50,384 nucleotides of DNA from a virus (taxonomy: Duplodnaviria; Caudoviricetes). Below the pieces are notes generated by a model that saw only the letters and a program-made list of their open reading frames with translations, was not told where the DNA came from and did no database searches. Location: the IMG/VR virus record IMGVR_UViG_3300030117_004591, positions 1 to 50,384 of that record; one strand, 5' to 3'. Position numbers and translations under genes: made by a program. This document shows positions 44,409 to 50,384 of the stretch, piece after piece. Positions within the stretch are counted from its first letter, which is position 1, and each line of letters opens with the position of its first letter.

Positions 44409-47400
44409 TTAACATTTTCTACCAACTTCTCTTTGGTCTAATATATTCTCTACAACTTTTTTATTCTTATACTCTCTCCAGTCACGATAATTGTTTCTTT
44501 CAGTCTTACCAGTGCTAGGATCTATTGTATCTATTTTAACGTCTTTATTAACAATAATTTCTTTATTAAGAATATTCGTCAAATAAGGATGAGCGTAAAA
44601 AGTACCAGTCCATCTAGCTAAAAATTTCCAAGTACCTGCCATATCTCCCAATCTGTCAAAATTATAATTGTCAGTTTTATAGGCATCACGCTCAATTGGA
44701 CCTTTCATTTCTCTACCAGATGCAACAGATTCCCAATCTCTCATTGTTTTTTCAACCCAACTTCCCCTATTATTAGATTCTGCATAGTCAAAAACTGTTT
44801 TAATTAAATGATCGTCCATCTTATAAGAAGGCATTTCATAACCTTTTTGAATCTGAATTCTTGTAGGCGATATCTGTGGCTGTATTAAATAATTTAATAA
44901 GAAATCTACAGGTTCCCCTGGAATATTTTGTGTTACTTCAGGAGCCCATTTATCTAAAAACAATCTAATTTTTTCATACTCTATAGTTCTATCAATAAGA
45001 AAAGTTTCATCCAATAAAGTTCTTTGGTCAAACGCTCTATCTAATGTTTTTCTATAACCTCTAGATATAGAGTTTCTTAAATCTAAAGCATTTTGAACAA
45101 ACTGCTCTACTAAACTTTCGTCTTTAATAAATGCATTAGGTGATTTTTTATGACCACCATAAGTTACTTCAAATAAAGCATTAGCATATCTTAATTCTAC
45201 TGAGCTTGAGCTTGCTCTGCTTGTAGGGTTTGTATCGACTATATAAGTATAATTAGCATCATACCTTATTCTGTCTCCATATTTATAATATCCGACAAAT
45301 TCTAGCTGACTATTATCAACTCTAGCCCTTGTACCTTTCCAGTCTAAAACATGGTCGTATAAATTTCTAGGTTTTTGCGGAATACTGCCGTCAGCTTTTG
45401 CTAAAGGATCAGGCCTTACATCGCCTTTTACTTTAAAAACTGCAACTCTGTTTTTAGAATTTGGATTAGACCTTTTAAATGTTTGGTTTCCTAGATTTTT
45501 AGGCTTCCATATATTTTCTTTATTATTAGTCATGCCGCTTTTCTTTACAGATAAATCTTTAGCTATTTGAACATCTAATATATCCATTGCTTTTTGTAGA
45601 TTAATAGCTCTGTCTTGCAATTTTTGTATTTTATATGGGTCCATAAAGCCTTTATTAGCACTTCTAAAGCTAGAAATAGTTTGAAGTATACCCATATACT
45701 GTTTTTCTACAACATCCCTTAATATGCCTTTATGAATAGCTGATGAAAGCTCACCTTTTCTACCTACATGAGGGTTACCAAAAGACTCTATGTTAATATC
45801 ATCTAGTCTAGTAATATCTATTAGCCTACCTTCATCATTAAACATTCTAGCTTCTGCAACAAAAGACTCTATGTTTCTAACAAAATAACCTAAAGCATTA
45901 TTTATTTTTCGAGTAGGGTTTTTTATACCTTCAAAATTCTTTTCGTGAAAAGCGGGAGTTTTTACTAGTCCATCAAATATTTTACCAGAAATAGAAAAGT
46001 CAAAACCTGATGTCCCTGATACAATGTTGTCCCAATTAAAATCTCTATTTATAAATTTATCTCTTTTCCCATTTACAATATCTTTATATAGTTGATTTCT
46101 AGTGTCAGGCTTATTGTATGCTGCATAATTTTCTCCATAAAACATATCAACGTATTGTGTCACTAATTCATCTACGCCTGCTTTTTGAGCATCTGTTCCA
46201 TATTTTTTATAAAAAGATATGCGAGATTTAATGGCATCTGCTATATAAGCACTAGGGTCTGCAAAAAGTCTTTCCATTCTCGAATGGTCTTTTTTAAGCT
46301 CCCAAGGTTCAGGCTTTCTTGGTCCTACTTCATCGTAGGTACCCCCAAATACTTTATTAGGAGATCTTAAAGCTCTAAATATTGCATATACAATTTCTCT
46401 TTCAATAGCTCTAGTTCCTTTAAACTCGCTCATTCCAGATAAAATTGTTTTTTCATTACTAGTAACACCTTCTTGACCTAAATGCCTCATTAGATTAGCG
46501 TCACCTCTGCCTTCTCTTTGAGCTCTAAAATATTCTGCTCTCATACTAGATTCCATAATATCAAAAAGCAAAAAGTCTTTTAATTGTTGTGTTTTCTGAA
46601 ATACATCATGTATACCATCGTGTATATCTACTGAATTTTGGAACATATCATACATTTTATCTAAGAATGCCCAACTATCATTGTTTTTATTAGCTATATT
46701 TGAAAATTTCTTAAATAACTGCTCTCCTCTATAGCTAAGCTGCATTTCACTTGCCCAAGATAAAGCTGACCTTAGCCCTATAACTTGACCTATAATCATT
46801 TTTGAAGAATGAATTCTATTAGCATATTGATGGAATCCAGCCTGATGTGATTTTGCTGAAGAACCAGCTCTCATAACTTCTCTACCGTCAACAGTTTCTC
46901 TGTTTAATCCAAAAATATTGATAGACTCTAAGTTTAAATTGTTACTAGCATCCCACATTCTAAAGTCATCTTTCTTTCCAGCTTCTCTTAGAAATTGCCT
47001 CATAATGCTTCTTGGGTATCTAGTGTGAAAATAAAAATGGTCACCGTCATTATCTCTTTGAAGGACAGTTCTTAAATCATGATTATTTATTTCAGTTAAC
47101 CCGTTCATATTGTCAAGTATTCTTTCAATTTTAAGAATTACTTTATCGTGACCTATTGCTGGTATAGCGTTACCCATACCTGCTACCCATACTTTTTTCA
47201 AAATTCCATCTTTTACAGTGCTTGCTTTTAGACCAACTAAATTGTTAAGGCCTTTAGGATCTCTACTAGAAACTTTTTTACCTTGCATTAAATTGATAAC
47301 ATCATGCAGTGTGAGCTGATGATTTACAACTAAATTGTCCAATTCTTTAAGAGCAAGCTCTACTTTCATAAGTTCTTTTGCTGAAATTGCAAGATCTTTT

Positions 47401-50384
47401 TCTGTATACTGAACTTCCTTACCATTCTTATCTACACCTTTAATGTAAAGTTTATTTTTATTAGTGCCTAGCAGAGGGTCTGCATTAGAGGTTCTTAAAG
47501 CATCTATAGAAGGCACTTCTGCATAAAACTTACCATCGCTTCTATTAAACCCTATTATCACCTCAACTCCGCTATTTGCTTGATAGATAAAAGTTTCACC
47601 AGTAAGAGAGCTACTACCTCCTCTTCCCATACCTCTTTTTGCCGTATTAGCACCTATAGCAATACCTCCAAACTGAAGAGCAGTTCTATTTACTCTAGTA
47701 GGATTATCAGGGTCTCCACTTTTAATACCTCTAGGACCGTGTATTTCAGCATAAACAGGGACAGATAAATCTGATTTTACGTTAGGAGTAATAAAAAGGT
47801 CTTCTCCACCATTTATGTTTTTATTAGTCTTTAAATCATCATATTGTTTATTTCTCAAAGTTCTTCTAAGAGCTGTTTGTATAATAGGATTTTCAGGACT
47901 TGCCCCATAGGTAAATAACAACTTCATTCTGCCACTATCGCCAGTCTCCATTCGATTTCCCTTAGCTTCATTTATATCTAATAAAAATTTAGCCGTCAAA
48001 CCTCCATCTGTATGAAGCGTACCCCATTCAGCAGCTACATGAGTTAACTTTTCGTTTAATTTCATCCATTCAGCTGCACGGTTAACTGTTGTGCTACTTT
48101 GAAAATCAAAAACACTATGAGATATAGCGACACCTTTTTGATTGCTCGATGTAAAAGATACTCCTATACTTTCTATATCTAAATCAATCATGTTAGATTT
48201 TTCAGACTTTCCTGGAGCTTTTTTATTGGAAGATTTTCTTAAATCAACAGTCCAATCAGTTTTGTTTTTTATCTCTAGCGGGCTAACCTTATTAACCCCA
48301 TCGACACTAATGCCGTCAAATGTTTTAGCAGATTCTGTGCTAATAACCATATCAACATCTTTAGGCATATTTTTAGCAACCTCTGGATGATATATCATGA
48401 AGCCTTTACCAAGCATTTGATCGCCACCAGTTCCAAATATAATAGTTTTAGCGCCATTAGGATCTTCTAAAAAACTTCCAGTATGCACTTTGCCTTTAGA
48501 AGCCATAATTAACCTCATCATTCTTTCTGATACAAACTTAGCACCATCAAGCAAAGAGTTTTCAAGGCTTCTCAATTCATTATTATTTATAGAAAGCTCA
48601 TTTACCCTAACTATTCTTCTAAGCAAATCTCCTTTATTTTTTTCTAAACCTAGCTTTTCCAATACTAAGTTTTTTATACCTAGTGGGCCTGTTGTTTCAT
48701 TTTTACCACCTATTACTAAACTTCTAAACTTTCCACCCTTAGATTTACTTAATATAGATTTAGCCGCTTCTCTAACCTTAGGGTCTGGATGATCTCTTCT
48801 AGCCCATCTTATAACTTCTTTATTTAAAGGCTGAGTAGTTCCTCCATCTGAAAGAAAGCCTCTCTTAAACATATTGTTTTGAATTTTAGCAAGAATTTTT
48901 TCCCTACCTCTGCCAGCCATTTCTCCTATAAACTTATCAAATTCGCTTCGTTTTCCAGTATTAGTTAAATATGGAGCCATTAATTTTATGTTAACTATAT
49001 CTCTAACATTAGTAGTTTTTCCAATTAAATGACCAAATGCAGTTTCAAATGTAGTTGCTAGTCTAGATTTATTTTTAACATCTAAATCTTGGTATCTTTT
49101 TAATGTTCTATTATACCAAGCTGTAAACTCATTGTTTAATTTTGCAATATTGCCTTCTGTTGCTACAAATAAAATCTTATTTCTAGGAGAAAGGCGAACA
49201 TAAAAGAAGTGATTAGACAAAGCTCCGTCTGCACCAATATTTATAGAGTCTACCATTTCTTTAACAGCTTCCATTGTAAGTGATGGATCTTGTTCTTTTA
49301 AAGCTTTAAACAGGTCTTCTTTACTACCTCTTCTTATAGCGTCATTAATCCATCTTTGAATTTGATTAGGGTCTTGCACAGTGTCGATACTAACATTTCT
49401 AAGCTTATCTCCACCAGCATCTATACTCATAACATCATCTATAAAATGAACAGCAAATCCTTTCTTTTTAAAATAAGAAGTTCCAGGGCTATTTATATTA
49501 GAGACATTGCCTGTAAAATCCATTACAGACCTTTGCTCTCCTCCTGGAGCCACACCTTTAAATCTTACAGTGTTAATAGGAGCAGCATTTGCAATTGTAT
49601 TCATAAGTTCCATAGAATGAGTTAGCCTAAAATCCTCCCATTTTGATTTAAATTCAGAAGTATTTAACTTGCCATCAACTGTAGCATTTTCCTTAATTTT
49701 AGCCCTTATTATAGCCATTGCAGCAAAAGGACTTTTTGACAGTTCTGACCTAAAATGAGGATCTATTGCTCCTGTTGCATCTATAAGGTCATAATCTTTC
49801 AATATTTCTTGAATACTTTTATGATGCTCTTCTGTCTGATTAAGCTTATCCATAGCTTTCATCATTTCAACAGCTTCTCTATGAAAAGGATGTTTTTCAT
49901 TTCCTATAATAATTTCTTTGTCAATCTGCCTATCTATTGCTTCAACAACTTTTAAAGCATCTGATACAAGTCCATTGTTACCTAATTCTAAAATAATTTC
50001 AGATAAAACTTTTTGACCACCCTTGCTGTCTAATCCTTTAACTGAATTTGACAAATCTTTTGATAGGTTTTCAATAAGAATTTGAACTTGCGCTGGAGAA
50101 AGGCCTAGATTTTTTTGACCTTGAAATGTTAAGTTTGTAATTCTATTAACTAAGCGCTCTATTTTATCTACAGCACCCATTTCTCTTTCAGCTATTTGCT
50201 TTATCTTAGTCTGTATAGGTTCTGTATAATACTCTAAAATACCAAACGGATCATCTTCTCTAGGTGTATTAGTTTTTTTATCTATTACAGCTTCAAGTCC
50301 TTTATTGTGATATTCTATTAATTGCGTAATTTTTTGCTGTATTAAAACAAGGTCGGTAAAGTTTTTACCACCTTCTTCAGATGC
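44409..50384 (-). CDS. C-terminal part of the giant virion protein, containing putative two-barrel RNA polymerase catalytic motifs
   Basis: LLDGAKFVS (~48545), MLGKGFM (~48405) and QRDNDGDHF (DNDGD at 47040-47054). The frame stays open to the right edge. Confidence 0.85.
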   Translation of the reverse strand, partial: ASEEGGKNFTDLVLIQQKITQLIEYHNKGLEAVIDKKTNTPREDDPFGILEYYTEPIQTKIKQIAEREMGAVDKIERLVNRITNLTFQGQKNLGLSPAQVQILIENLSKDLSNSVKGLDSKGGQKVLSEIILELGNNGLVSDALKVVEAIDRQIDKEIIIGNEKHPFHREAVEMMKAMDKLNQTEEHHKSIQEILKDYDLIDATGAIDPHFRSELSKSPFAAMAIIRAKIKENATVDGKLNTSEFKSKWEDFRLTHSMELMNTIANAAPINTVRFKGVAPGGEQRSVMDFTGNVSNINSPGTSYFKKKGFAVHFIDDVMSIDAGGDKLRNVSIDTVQDPNQIQRWINDAIRRGSKEDLFKALKEQDPSLTMEAVKEMVDSINIGADGALSNHFFYVRLSPRNKILFVATEGNIAKLNNEFTAWYNRTLKRYQDLDVKNKSRLATTFETAFGHLIGKTTNVRDIVNIKLMAPYLTNTGKRSEFDKFIGEMAGRGREKILAKIQNNMFKRGFLSDGGTTQPLNKEVIRWARRDHPDPKVREAAKSILSKSKGGKFRSLVIGGKNETTGPLGIKNLVLEKLGLEKNKGDLLRRIVRVNELSINNNELRSLENSLLDGAKFVSERMMRLIMASKGKVHTGSFLEDPNGAKTIIFGTGGDQMLGKGFMIYHPEVAKNMPKDVDMVISTESAKTFDGISVDGVNKVSPLEIKNKTDWTVDLRKSSNKKAPGKSEKSNMIDLDIESIGVSFTSSNQKGVAISHSVFDFQSSTTVNRAAEWMKLNEKLTHVAAEWGTLHTDGGLTAKFLLDINEAKGNRMETGDSGRMKLLFTYGASPENPIIQTALRRTLRNKQYDDLKTNKNINGGEDLFITPNVKSDLSVPVYAEIHGPRGIKSGDPDNPTRVNRTALQFGGIAIGANTAKRGMGRGGSSSLTGETFIYQANSGVEVIIGFNRSDGKFYAEVPSIDALRTSNADPLLGTNKNKLYIKGVDKNGKEVQYTEKDLAISAKELMKVELALKELDNLVVNHQLTLHDVINLMQGKKVSSRDPKGLNNLVGLKASTVKDGILKKVWVAGMGNAIPAIGHDKVILKIERILDNMNGLTEINNHDLRTVLQRDNDGDHFYFHTRYPRSIMRQFLREAGKKDDFRMWDASNNLNLESINIFGLNRETVDGREVMRAGSSAKSHQAGFHQYANRIHSSKMIIGQVIGLRSALSWASEMQLSYRGEQLFKKFSNIANKNNDSWAFLDKMYDMFQNSVDIHDGIHDVFQKTQQLKDFLLFDIMESSMRAEYFRAQREGRGDANLMRHLGQEGVTSNEKTILSGMSEFKGTRAIEREIVYAIFRALRSPNKVFGGTYDEVGPRKPEPWELKKDHSRMERLFADPSAYIADAIKSRISFYKKYGTDAQKAGVDELVTQYVDMFYGENYAAYNKPDTRNQLYKDIVNGKRDKFINRDFNWDNIVSGTSGFDFSISGKIFDGLVKTPAFHEKNFEGIKNPTRKINNALGYFVRNIESFVAEARMFNDEGRLIDITRLDDINIESFGNPHVGRKGELSSAIHKGILRDVVEKQYMGILQTISSFRSANKGFMDPYKIQKLQDRAINLQKAMDILDVQIAKDLSVKKSGMTNNKENIWKPKNLGNQTFKRSNPNSKNRVAVFKVKGDVRPDPLAKADGSIPQKPRNLYDHVLDWKGTRARVDNSQLEFVGYYKYGDRIRYDANYTYIVDTNPTSRASSSSVELRYANALFEVTYGGHKKSPNAFIKDESLVEQFVQNALDLRNSISRGYRKTLDRAFDQRTLLDETFLIDRTIEYEKIRLFLDKWAPEVTQNIPGEPVDFLLNYLIQPQISPTRIQIQKGYEMPSYKMDDHLIKTVFDYAESNNRGSWVEKTMRDWESVASGREMKGPIERDAYKTDNYNFDRLGDMAGTWKFLARWTGTFYAHPYLTNILNKEIIVNKDVKIDTIDPSTGKTERNNYRDWREYKNKKVVENILDQREVGRKC
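50131..50384. repeat. Imperfect terminal direct repeat, copy 2
   Basis: Matches positions 1-254 with 18 substitutions. Confidence 0.97.

Noticed and set aside
1-50384. Alternative genetic code as in some crAss-like phages
   Set aside because: Long genes are intact under code 11, and TAA, TAG and TGA all end genes at sensible boundaries.

Overview
The window is an essentially complete, AT-rich dsDNA tailed-phage genome of podovirus type. It is circular at about 50,130 bp: positions 1-254 reappear at 50131-50384 with 18 substitutions. It has two gene blocks. The minus-strand morphogenesis block starts near 28.6 kb and runs leftward through the contig junction down to 41.6 kb. It carries probable TerS, TerL, an M15 endolysin, portal, scaffold, major capsid, adaptor and tail genes, a phosphoesterase, a thermonuclease and large internal virion proteins. 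The plus-strand early/replication block (29.0-41.6 kb) has many small ORFs, ERF, an SSB-like protein, an AEP primase-helicase, DUF932, DUF1599 and a resolvase. No DNA polymerase, integrase, tRNA or CRISPR array was seen. Two things stand out. (1) An approximately 3,094-aa virion-module protein, split by the contig ends, carries DG, KG and DNDGD motifs in the order expected of a single-chain two-barrel RNA polymerase. (2) The early region holds a dense set of highly base-paired, ORF-free elements (29.3-29.7, 30.4-30.95, 31.4-31.9, 36.2-36.35 and 39.3-39.75 kb). They show pseudoknots, anti-Shine-Dalgarno-like loops and one 14-nt match to the 23S rRNA peptidyl-transferase loop. All calls come from reading motifs and pairings by eye; no searches or folding programs were run.
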